DNA of 64,000 nt from Octopus vulgaris (taxonomy: Eukaryota). Shown here piece after piece: positions 37,271 to 49,805 of this stretch. Position numbers and translations under genes: made by a program. The notes under the pieces are model-generated. The model was not told the DNA's origin. It was given only the letters and a program-made list of their open reading frames with translations, and ran no database searches. Every line of letters begins with the position of its first letter. Position 1 is the first letter of the stretch. Where the stretch lies: assembly GCA_951406725.2 (NCBI GenBank), contig OX597818.1, positions 51,088,001 to 51,152,000 on the forward strand, written 5' to 3'.

Positions 37271-37917
37271 GCGACGCAAAACATTCACCCTATTATTAAT
37301 GAAAAAATATCAGTCGTAGATTATGTTTGCATTTCTTTTACTGTATGTGATTACACTTTAGCTGAATATTTTAATCACCAAATATACTTTCATATTAGAC
37401 TGTCAGTGTTTAATAATTATTATGTAAATAGTATTCAAACAAATTTAATCTTATAGCATTTATTTATTTTTCCATGCCGACAAATTTACGGTTTAATATT
37501 GCAAACATTTTACTCTTTAATACTTTGGCAAGTTATGAAGAAGCTATGCTTTGTTTTAGAAGCCTTCTAAAAAAGATTAAATATGTCTCCTCTATTTATC
37601 AAGGGAAAACATATTTTCAAATATTTCTCAGTAGACACAACGTCATAAATTTGCGAGTGGGTATATTTGATTAAATTGATTCTAAGATTTGAAGGATACT
37701 TATTTTATCGACTGCAGAAGGTCGCGTGGCTAAGTCGACTGGTGAGATTAAACAACACCCAAACAAAAAAAAGGACAGAAACAAAATGCCGCAAAAAAAT
37801 GTCTTGTCTGATGCTACAACAACCTTGTCGCCCTTCATATTCCTCCACTAGAAGTTTATGATAATGATGGTAGGATAAACTAATATTTTATGAGTTCTAG
37901 TCTTTAATTTATCTTTT

Positions 37918-38322
37918 TTACTCTTTTACTTGTTTCAGTCATTTTGACTGCGGACATGCTGGAGCACCGCCTTTAGTCGAGCAAATCGACCCAGGACTTA
38001 TTCTCTATAAGCCTAGTACTTATTCTATCGATCTCTTTTGCCGAACTGCTAAGTTACGGGGACGTAAACACACCAGCATCGGTTGTCAAGCGACGTTGGG
38101 GGGTGGGGACAAACACAGACACACAAACATATACACACACACTTACATACATATATACGCCGGGCTTCTTCCAGTTTCAGTCTACCAAATCCACTCACAA
38201 GGCTTTGGTCGGCCGGAGGCTATAGTAGAAGACACTTGCCCAAGGTGCCATGCAGTGGGACTGAACCCGGAACCATGTGGTCGGTAAGCAAGCCACTTAC
38301 CACACAGCCACTCCTGCGCCTA
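37918..38322 (-). mobile_element. SINE family A, full length
   Basis: Reverse complement of 2274-2729. Confidence 0.85.
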
Positions 38323-38785
38323 TATAGTGACTATTCATAGAAATTATTCATTCTTTTATGTTAAGACTCTAATACAAATTATTTTGACTCTAATACAAGC
38401 TTGATATAAATTTACAAATCTTCTGTCTTCTTTGAAGGAATCCAGATAAGTGCTTTTATTCTTTTTGAGAAGTTCGTGACAGTAATGAATACTGAATTTT
38501 AATGATAAGTAACTCGTAGGTTACTACTATCTGGCTGTCAGATAAATTCGTTCGTTTTATTTCTACTTGGCACTCCTGAAAAGAGATGAAATTTATTCAA
38601 TAAATTTCCAGTGGCTGTGTAGTAAGAAGCTTGCTTCCCAACCACATGGTTCCGGGTTCAGTCACCAGTGCGTGGCAACCTTGGGCAAGTGTCTTCTACT
38701 ATAGCCTCGGGCTGACCAAAGCCTTGTGAGTGGATTTGGTTGACAGAAACTGAAAGAAGCCCGTCGTATGTGTTTATATATATAT

Positions 38786-38867
<82 letters not shown>

Positions 38868-39045
38868 ATATGATTTGATCTAGTTTCAGCTCATGAGCAG
38901 TGGCCATGCTGGAGCAACTATGTGTGTGTGTGTGTGTGTGTTTGTGCGTGTGTATGTGTGTGCATGTATTTGTTATTTGTCTGTGTTTGTCCCCTTCACC
39001 ATCGCTTGACAACCGATGTTGGTGTGCCTACGTTGCCGTAACGTA

Positions 39046-42000
39046 GCACCGTCTTTGATTTTGTCGGCACACTCTTTGATCTCTGTCGGCACCGGCTTTG
39101 ATCTCTGTCGGCACCGTCTTTGATCTTTGTCGGCACCTTCTTTGATCTTTGTCAGCACACTCTTTGATCTCTGTCGGCACCGTCTTTGATCTCTGTCGGC
39201 ACCGTGTTTGATCTTTGTCGGCACCGTCTTTGATCTCTGTCGGCACCGTCTTTTATCTTTGTCGGCACACTCTTTGATCTCTGTCGGCACCGTCTTTGAT
39301 CTCTGTCGGCACCGTCTTTGATCTTTGTCGGCACCGTCTTTGATCTTTGTCGGCACCATCTTTGATCCAGTTTGATCAGGCTTGATCCAGTTTGCACCGG
39401 TCTGATCCGGTTTGATCCGGTTTGAACCGGTTTGAACCGGTTTGAGCCGGTTTGAACCGGTTTGATCAGGTTTAAACCGGTTTGATCCGGATTGAACCGG
39501 TTTGAACCGGTTTGAAACGGTTTGATCCGGTTTGAGTTTACGGTTTGTCGGCACCATCTTTGATCTTGTCGGCACACTCTTTGATCTCTGTCGGCACCGT
39601 CTTTGATCTCTGTCGGCACCGTCTTTGATCTTGTCGGCACCGTCTTTGATCTCTGTCAGAACCGTCTTTGATCTCTGTCGGCACCGTCTTTGATCTCTGT
39701 CGGCACCGTCTTTGATCTTTGTCGACACCCGTCTTTGATCTCTGTCGGCACCGTCTTTGATCTCTGTCGGCACACTCTTTGATCTCTGTCGGCACTGTCT
39801 TTGATCTCTTTGTCGGCACACTCTTTGATCTCTGTCGGGACCGTCTTTGATCTCTGTCGGCACCGTCTTTGATCTTTGTCAGCACCGTCTTTGATCTTTG
39901 TCGGCACACTCCTTTGATCTCTGTCGGCACCGTCTTTGATCTCTGTCGGCACCGTCTTTGATCTCTGTCGGCACCGTCTTTGATCTTTGTAGGCACCCGT
40001 CTTTGATCTCTGTGGGCACCGTCTTTGATCTCTGTCGGTACCGTCTTTGATCTTTGTCGGCAACGTCTTTGATCTCAGTTTGATCAGGCTTGATCCAGTT
40101 TGCATCTCGGTCTGATCCGGTTTGATCTCTGTCGGCAATCTCTTCTTTGATCTCGGTTTGTACCGGCACCGTCTTTGATCTTTCGGTTTCGGCACCCTGG
40201 TTTGATCTCTGTCGGCACCGGTTCGATCAGGTTTAAACCAGTTTGATCGGATTGTCTGGCAACTCCGGTTTGATCTCTGATTGAACCGTCTTTGAATCCG
40301 GTTTGATACCGGTTTGAATCCGGTTTGTCGGCACCCTGCTCTTTGATCTCTGTCGGCACACTCTTTGATCTTTGTCGGCAATCCGTACTTTGATCTCTGT
40401 CGGCACATCCTCTTTGATCTCTGTCGGCACCGTCTTTGATCTTTCTCGGCACCTCTCTTTGATCTATGTCGGCACACTCTTTGATCTCTGTCGGCACCGT
40501 CTTTTGATCTCTGTCGGCACCCTCTTTGATCTTTGTCGGCACATTCTTTGATCTCTGTCGGCACCGTCTTTGATCTATGTCGGACACTGTCTTTGATCTC
40601 TGTCGACACCGTCTTTGATCTCTGTCGGCAACGTCTTTGATCTTTGTCGGCACACTCTTTGATCTCTATCGGGACCGTCTTTGATCTATGTCGGCACCGG
40701 TCTTTGATCTTGCTGTCGGCACCGTCTTTGATCTTTGTCGGCACACGTTCCTTTGATCTCTGTCGGCACCGTCTTTGATCTCTGTCGGCACCCTCTTTGA
40801 TCTCTGTCGGCAATCTTCTTTGATCTCTGTCGGCACCCTCTTTGATCTCTGTCGGCAATCTTCTTTGATCTCTGTCGGCACCGTCTTTGATATTTGTCGG
40901 CACACTCTTTGATCTTTGTCGGCACACACTTTGATCTATGTCGGTTTGATCTTTGTCGGCACCGTCTTTGATCTATGTCGGCACCGTCTTTGATCTTTGT
41001 CGGCACCTGTCTTTGATCTTTGTCAGGACCGTCTTTGATCTCTGTCGGCACAATCTTTGATCTTTATCGGCACCGTCTTTGATCTTGTCGGCACACTCCT
41101 TGATCTCTGCCGGCACCGTCTTTGATCTTTGTCGACACCCGTCTTTGATCTCGGTCGGCACCGTCTTTGATCTCTGTCGGCACCCTCTTTGATCTCTGTC
41201 GGCAATCGTCTTTGATCTCTGTCGGCAATCCCCTTTGATCTCTGTCGACACCCTCTTTGATCTCTGTCGGGACCGTCTTTGATCTCTGTCGGCACCGTCT
41301 TTGATCTTTGTCGGCACCGTCTTTGATCTATGTCGGCACACTCCTTGATCTCTGTCGGCACCGTCTTTGATCTGTCGGCACCGTCTTTGATCATTGTAGG
41401 CACCCGTCTTTGATCTCTGTGGGCACCGTCTTTGATCTCTGTGGGCACCGTCTTTGATCTCTGTCGGCACCGTCTTTGATCTCTGTCGTCACCGTCTTTG
41501 ATCTTTATCGGCACCGTCTTTGATCCGGTTTGATCAGGCTTGATCCAGTTTGCACCGGTCTGATCCGGTTTGATCCGGTTTGATCCGGTTGGAACTGGTT
41601 TGATCCGGTTTGTGCCGGTTTGTTGCGGTTTGAACCGGTTTGAACCGGATTGAACCGGTTTGATCAGGTTTAAACCGGTTTGATCCGGATTTAACTGGTT
41701 TGAACCGGTTTGATCCGGCTTGATCTTGATTGAACCGGTTTGAACCGGTTTGATACGGTTTGAACCGGTTTGTCGGCACCGCCTTTGATCTTTGTCGACA
41801 CACTCTTTGATCTCTGTCGGTACTGTCTTTGATCTTTGTCGGCACACTCCTTGATCTCTGTCGGCACCGTCTTTGATCTCTGTCGGCACCGTCTTTGATC
41901 TTTGTAGGCACCCGTCTTTGATCTCTGTAGGCACCGTCTTTGATCTCTGTCGGCACCGTCTTTGATCTCTGTCGGCACCGTCTTTGATCTCTGTCGGCAC

Positions 42001-45000
42001 CCACTTTGATCTCTGTCGGCACCCTCTTTGATCTCTGTCGGCAATCTTCCTTGATCTCTGTCGGCACTCTCTTTGATCTCTGTCGGCACCCTCTTTGATT
42101 TCTGTCGGCAATCCTCTTTGATCTATGTCGGCACCCTCTTTGATCTCTGTCGGCAATCGTCTTTGATCTCTGTCGGCAATCCCCTTTGATCTCTGTCGAC
42201 ACCCTCTTTGATCTCTGTCGGCACACTCCTTGATCTCTGTCGGCACCGTCTTTGATCTTTGTCGACACCCGTCTTTGATCTCTGTCGGCACCGTCTTTGA
42301 TCTCTGTCGGCACACTCTTTGATCTCTGTCGGCACTGTCTTTGATCTCTGTCGGCACACTCTTTGATCTTTGTCGGCACACTCTTTGATCTCTGTCGGGA
42401 CCGTCTTTGATCTCTATCGGCACCGTCTTTTATCTTTGTCGGCACCGTCTTTGATCTATGTCGGCACACTCCTTGATCTCTGTCGGCACCGTCTTTGATC
42501 TGTCGGCACCGTCTTTGATCATTGTAGGCACCCTCTTTGATCTCTGTCGGCACCCCTTTGATCTCTGTCGGCACCCTCTTTGATCTCTGTCGGCACCCTC
42601 TTTGATCTCTGTCGGCACTCTCTTTGATCTCTGTCGGCACCCTCTTTGATCTCTGTCGGCACACTCTTTGATCTCTGTCGGCAACCTCTTTGATCTCTGT
42701 CGGCACCTCTTTGATCTCTGTCTGAACCGTCTTTGATCTCTGTCGGCACACTCCTTGATCTCTGTCGGCACCGTCTTTGATCTGTCGGCACCGTCTTTGA
42801 TCTCTGTCGGCACCGTCTTTGATCTGTCGGCACCGTCTTTGATCTCTGTGGGCACCGTCTTTGATCTCTGTCGGCACCGTCTTTGATCTCTGTCGTCACC
42901 GTCTTTGATCTTTATCGGCACCGTCTTTGATCCGGTTTGATCAGGCTTGATCCAGTTTGCACCGGTCTGATCCGGTTTGATCCGGTTTGATCCGGTTGGA
43001 ACTGGTTTGATCCGGTTTGTGCCGGTTTGTTGCGGTTTGAACCGGTTTGAACCGGATTGAACCGGTTTGATCAGGTTTAAACCGGTTTGATCCGGATTTA
43101 ACTGGTTTGAACCGGTTTGATCCGGCTTGATCTTGATTGAACCGGTTTGAACCGGTTTGATACGGTTTGAACCGGTTTGTCGGCACCGCCTTTGATCTTT
43201 GTCGACACACTCTTTGATCTCTGTCGGCACTGTCTTTGATCTTTGTCGGCACACTCTTTGATCTATGTCGGCACCGTCTTTGATCTTTCTCGGCACCTTC
43301 TTTGATCTTTGTCGGCACACTCTTTGATCTCTGTCGGCACCGTCTTTTATCTCTGTCGGCACCCTCTTTGATCTTTGTCGGCACATTCTTTGATCTCTGT
43401 CGGCAACGTCTTTGATCTATGTCGGCACTGTCTTTGATCTCTGTCGACACCGTCTTTGATCTCTGTCGGCAACGTCTTTGATCTTTGTCGGCACACTCTT
43501 TGATCTCTATCGGGACCGTCTTTGATCTCTGTCGGCACCGTCTTTGATCTTTGTCGGCACCGTCTTTGATCTTTGTCGGCACACTCCTTGATCTCTGTCG
43601 GCACCGTCTTTGATCTCTGTCGGCACCGTCTTTGATCTTTGTAGGCACCCGTCTTTGATCTCTGTAGGCACCGCCTTTGATCTCTGTCGGCACCGTCTTT
43701 GATCTCTGCCGGCACCGTCTTTGATATGTGTCGGCACACTCTTTGATCTTTGTCGGCACACACTTTGATCTATGTCGGTTTGATCTTTGTCGGCACCGTC
43801 TTTGATCTCTGTCGGCACACTCTTTTATCTCTGTCGGCACCGTCTTTGATCTTTGTCGGCACACTCTTTGATCTTTGTCGACACACTCTTTGATGTCTGT
43901 CGGCACCGTCTTTGATCCTTGTCGGCACACTCTTTGATCTATGTCGGCACCGTCTTTGATCTCTGTTGGCACCGTCTTTGATCTTTGTCGGCACCGTCTT
44001 TGATCTCTGTCGGCACCGTCTTTGATCTTTGTCGGCACACTCTTTGATCTTTGTCGACACACTCTTTGATGTCTGTCGGCACCGTCTTTGATCTTTGTCG
44101 GCACACTCTTTGATCTATGTCGGCACCGTCTTTGATCTCTGTTGGCACCGTCTTTGATCTTTGTCGGCACCGTCTTTGATCTCTGTCGGCACCGTCTTTG
44201 ATCTTTTTCGGCACCGTCTTTGATCTCTGTCGGCACCGTCTTTGATCTATGTCGGCACCGTCTTTGATCTCTGTCGGCACCGGCTTTGATCTCTGTCGGC
44301 ACCGTCTTTGATCCAGTTTTATTAGGCTTGATCCATTTTGCACCGGTCTGATCTTTTTTGATCCGGTTTGAACCGGTTTGATGCGGTTTGAACCGGTTTG
44401 ACCCGGTTTGATACGGATTGAACTGGTTTGAACCGGTTTGATCTGGTTTGATTCGGTCTAATCCTGATTGAACCGGTTTGATACGGTTTGAACCGGTTTG
44501 ATCTTTGTCTTTGATCTTTGATCTTTGTCGACTCACTCTTTGATCTCTGTCGGCACCGTCTTTGATCTTTGTCGGCACACTCTTTGATCTCTGTCGGCAC
44601 CGTCTTTGATCTCTGTCGGCACCGTCTTTGATCTTTTTCGGCACCTTTGATCTTTGTCAGCACACTCTTTGATCTCTGTCTACACTGTCTTTGATCTCTG
44701 TCGGCACCGTCTTTGATCTTTGGCACATTCTTTGATCTCTGTCGGCACCGTCTTTGATCTTTGTCGGCACACTCTTTGATCTCTGTCGGCACCGTCTTTG
44801 ATCTCTGTCGGCACCGTCTTTGATCTCTGTCGGCACCGTCTTTGATCTATGTCGGCACTGTCTTTGATCTCTGTCGACACCGTCTTTGATCTTTGTCGGC
44901 ACACTCCTTGATCTCTGTCGGCACCGTCTTTGATCTCTGTCGGCACCGTCTTTGATCTTTGTAGGCACCCGTCTTTGATCTCTGTAGGCACCGTCTTTGA

Positions 45001-48000
45001 TCTCTGTCGGCACCGTCTTTGATCTCTGTCGGCACCGTCTTTGATATTTGTCGGCACACTCTTTGATCTTTGTCGGCACACACTTTGATCTATGTCGGTT
45101 TGATCTTTGTCGGCACCGTCTTTGATCTATGTCGGCACCGTCTTTGATCTTTGTCGGCACCGTCTTTGATCTTTGTCAGGACCGTCTTTGATCTTTGTCG
45201 GCACCGTCTTTGATCTTTGTCGGCACACTCCTTGATCTCTGTCGGCACCGTCTTTGATCTGTCGGCACCGTCTTTGATCATTGTAGGCGCCCGTCTTTGA
45301 TCTCTGTGGGCACCGTCTTTGATCTCTGTGGGCACCGTCTTTGATCTATGTCGGCACCGTCTTTGATCTCTGTCGTCACCGTCTTTGATCTTTATCGGCA
45401 CCGTCTTTGATCCGGTTTGATCAGGCTTGATCCAGTTTGCACCGGTCTGATCCGGTTTGATCCGGTTTGATCCGGTTGGAACTGGTTTGATCCGGTTTGT
45501 GCCGGTTTGTTGCGGTTTGAACCGGTTTGAACCGGATTGAACCGGTTTGATCAGGTTTAAACCGGTTTGATCCGGATTTAACTGGTTTGAACCGGTTTGA
45601 TCCGGCTTGATCTTGATTGAACCGGTTTGAACCGGTTTGATACGGTTTGAACCGGTTTGTCGGCACCGCCTTTGATCTTTGTCGACACACTCTTTGATCT
45701 CTGTCGGCACTGTCTTTGATCTTTGTCGGCACACTCCTTGATCTCTGTCGGCACCGTCTTTGATCTCTGTCGGCACCGTCTTTGATCTTTGTAGGCACCC
45801 GTCTTTGATCTTTATCGGCAACGTCTTTGATCCAGTTTGATCAGGCTTGATCCAGTTTGCACCGGTCTGATCCGGTTTGATCCGGTCGGAACTGGTTTGA
45901 TCCGGTTTGTACCGGTTTGATGCGGTTTGAACCGGTTTGAACCTGATTGAACCGGTTCGATCAGGTTTAAACCAGTTTGATCCGGATTGAACTGGTTTGA
46001 ACCGGTTTGATCCTGATTGAACCGGTTTGAACCGGTTTGATACGGTTTGAACCGGTTTGTCGACACCGCCTTTGATCTTTGTCGACACACTCTTTGGTCT
46101 ATGTCGGCACCGTCTTTGATCTTTGTCGGCACACTCTTTGATCTCTGTCGGCACCGTCTTTGATCTTTCTCGGCACCTTCTTTGATCTTTGTCGGCACAC
46201 TCTTTGATCTCTGTCGGCACCGTCTTTTATCTCTGTCGGCACCCTCTTTGATCTTTGTCGGCACATTCTTTGATCTCTGTCGGCACCGTCTTTGATCTAT
46301 GTCGACACTGTCTTTGATCTCTGTCGACACCGTCTTTGATCTCTGTCGGCAACGTCTTTGATCTTTGTCGGCACACTCATTGATCTCTATCGGGACCGTC
46401 TTTGATCTATGTCGGCACCGTCTTTGATCTTTGTCGGCACCGTCTTTGATCTTTGTCGGACACACCGTCTTTGATCTCTGTCGGCACCGTCTTTGATCTC
46501 TGTCGGCACCGTCTTTGATCTTTGTCGGCACCCGTCTTTGATCTATGTCGGCACCGTCTTTGATCTCTGTCGGCACCGTCTTTGATCTTTGTCGGCACCG
46601 TCTTTGATCCAGTTTGATTAGGCTTGATCCATTTTGCACCGGTCTGATCTTTTTTGTCCGGTTTGATCGGTTTGATCGGTTTGAACCGGTTTGAACCGGT
46701 TTGATACGGATTGAACTGGTTTGAACCGGTTTGATCCGGTTTGATTCGGTCTGATCTTGATTGAACCGGTTTGCACCGGTTTGATCTTGTCTTTGATCTT
46801 TGATCTTTGTCGACTCACTCTTTGATCTCTGTCGGCACCGTCTTTGATCTTTGTCGGCACACTCTTTGATCTCTGTCGGCACCGTCTTTGATCTCTGTCG
46901 GCACCGTCTTTGATCTTTGTCGGCACCTTTGATCTTGTCAGCACACTCTTAGATCTCTGTCGACACCGTCTTTGATCTCTGTCGGCACCGTCTTTGATCT
47001 TTGTTGGCACCGTCTTTGATCTCTGTCGGCACCGTCTTTGATCTCTGTCGGCACACGTCTTTGATCTCTGTCGGCACCGTCTTTGATCTCTGTCGGCACC
47101 GTCTTTGATACGGTTTGATCAGGCTTGATCCAGTTTGCACCGGTCTGATCCGGTTTGATCCGGTTTGAACCGGTTTGAACCGGTTTGAGCCGGTTTGAAC
47201 CGGTTTGTATCAGGTTTTAACCGGTTTGATTCGGTTTGATCGGTTTAAACCGGTTTGATCCGGTTTGAACGGTTTCGGTTTGATCTTGATCTTGTCGGAA
47301 CCTCTTTGATCTTGTCGGCACCGCTTTGATCTTGTCGCACCCTCTTTGATCTCTGTCGGCACTCTTTGATCTTGTCGGCACCTCTTTGATCTCTGTCGGC
47401 ACCGTCTTTGATCTCTGTCGGCACCGTCTTTGATCTTTGTCGGCACCCGTCTTTGATCTCTGTCGGCACCGTCTTTGATCTCTGTCGGCACCGTCTTTGA
47501 TCTCTGTCGGCACCGTCTTTGATCTCTGTCGGCACACTCTTTGATCTTTGTCGGCACACTCTTTGATCTCTGTCGGCACCGTCTTTGATCTCTGTCGGCA
47601 CCGTCTTTGATCCGGTTTGATCAGGCTTGATCAAGTTTGCACCGGTCTGATCCGGTTTGATCCCGTTTGACCCGGTTTGAACCGGTTTGATGTGGTTTGA
47701 ACCGGTTTGATCCGGTTCGGTTTGATTCGGTTTAAACCGGTTTGATCCGGATTGAACCGATCTTTGAATCGGTTTTATCCGGTTTGAACCGGCACCGTCT
47801 TTGATCTTTGTCGGCACCGTCTTTGATCTTTGTCAGGACCGTCTTTGATCTCTGTCGGCACCGTCTTTGATCTCTGTCGGCACCGTCTTTGATCCGGTTT
47901 GATCAGGCTTGATCAAGTTTGCACGGGTCTGATCCGGTTTGATCCGGTTTGACCCGGTTTGAACCGGTTTGATGTGGTTTGAACCTGTTTGATCCGGTTT

Positions 48001-48259
48001 GAACCGGTTTGATTCGGTTTAAACCGGTTTGATCCGGATTGAACCGATTTGATCTGGTTTGAACCGGTTTTATCCGGTTTGAACCGGTTTGTTGGCACCG
48101 TCTTTGATCTTTGTCGGCACCGTCTTTGATCTCTATCGGCACCGTCTTTGATCTTTGTCGGCACACTCTTTGATATCTGTCGGCACCGTCTTTGATCTTT
48201 GTCGGCACACTGTTTGATCTCTGCCGGCACACTCTTTGATATATGTCGGCACACTCTTT
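39046..48259. repeat. 9.2-kb composite satellite: 22-bp monomer GTCGGCACCGTCTTTGATCTCT interspersed with ~180-250-bp blocks of the 10-mer TTTGA(A/T)CCGG
   Basis: Directly visible; recurring higher-order blocks. Confidence 0.97.
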
Positions 48260-48437
48260 TTTTACATGGCACCAGCACAGGTGAGATCAGTTTTGGCATG
48301 GTTTTTACAGCTTGATGTCCTTCCAAATACCAACCATTTCACAGTATGGACTGGGTGCTTTTTACATGGCACCAGCACTGGCAGGGTCACCAAATAACTT
48401 GCAAGACAAGAAATATATGATGATGATGATGATGATG

Positions 48438-48468
<31 letters not shown>

Positions 48469-48978
48469 CAAATTGAGATAGGGGTTGCAAATTCAACCGT
48501 CCATGGGATAACATATATCCAATATACGGCTAGTGAAGTACCCAACAAAGTTAATACATAAATGCTAATAATTGCGATGCAATTAATTCATGGGTATGTA
48601 CCCACACTTATATGAGTATATATGTAATTTGGTTTATACTTTAGAATCTCCGAAGAGGCCTTAAGATATATTTGTAAATGTCTCATTTTTAACTCCATAT
48701 TGGCATACTGTACATGGCTAATATAGGTAAAATGAGGCATATTTATCTGCATGGCCGAAACAGCTGCAAGATATAATGTATATTTATATTTATATCTATT
48801 TATATTTATTTATTTATATCCTCTTATAATGATTGTACCTATTGTATTGTATTACTCATTCATGTACACTGTTTTGTTTAACCTTAATGTTCTTATGTAG
48901 TGGTTCAATAAAGTATGTGATTGGGTATTATCTGGTAGTTGATTAATGATTTAGATGTATTTCTCCATTTTCTGATTT

Positions 48979-49011
<33 letters not shown>

Positions 49012-49805
49012 TAGCAGTATAGTCCGGCGTTGCTCGGGTTTGTTTTTTAGTTGCGCTTAACGGCAGACTTTGATGTCGCGTTAACAAAGTTTTGACATAG
49101 TTTCAATCTTTTTTGAAAAGTAAAAATTTTGTATTGTGTAGCTTGTTATTCTCTTTAAATGAACATTTTTCTGGTTGAAATACACCGAAAAATGGCGACA
49201 GAGCAGTAAAAAATAGAGGTTTTCATAGAAAAAAAGCAATTTTTTTATGTAAATAATTTTTGGTCTTAACACGGTTCGATTTGAATTTTTTCTTCTTCGG
49301 AATGAAGAGCAAGCCTTCTATCATACTCTCAATTCAACTTGCGCCACAGGGCCTTGGAGGAGATAGTGTTAGTTGAAGACTACCAAACCTGCCACACACC
49401 CACACCCACACACACACAGACACACACACTTCAGCTTTATATGTATAGATATATATAATGGACTTCTACAGTTTCTGTCAACCAAATTCACTCACAAGGT
49501 ATTGGTTAGCCTTGGGCTATATATAGTAAAAGACACTTGCCCACAGTGCTGTGAGACTGAACCTGAAACCACATGGTTGCAAACCAAGCTTCTTAACCAT
49601 GCAACCATGCCTGAGATAACTAGAAAAATGGTTTCTTCATTGGCCTCTAAACCTACAATATAATACAAGATGTGTCACGCAGAAAGGTGAAATAAACATT
49701 TGAGAACATACATACATAATAAAATAGTGGAAGTGAGGGACACAAAAATATAATACACGGAAAAAAGGTTAAAAATTTAAATACAATAAATCTGAATTTA
49801 CTTAC

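Noticed and set aside
39880-40450. Divergent sub-domain of the satellite
   Set aside because: Dense scattered indels look like low-coverage consensus noise; cannot be treated as biological
39046-48259. CRISPR-like array
   Set aside because: Monomers abut with only a few variable bases and no unique spacers; no cas genes; eukaryotic context
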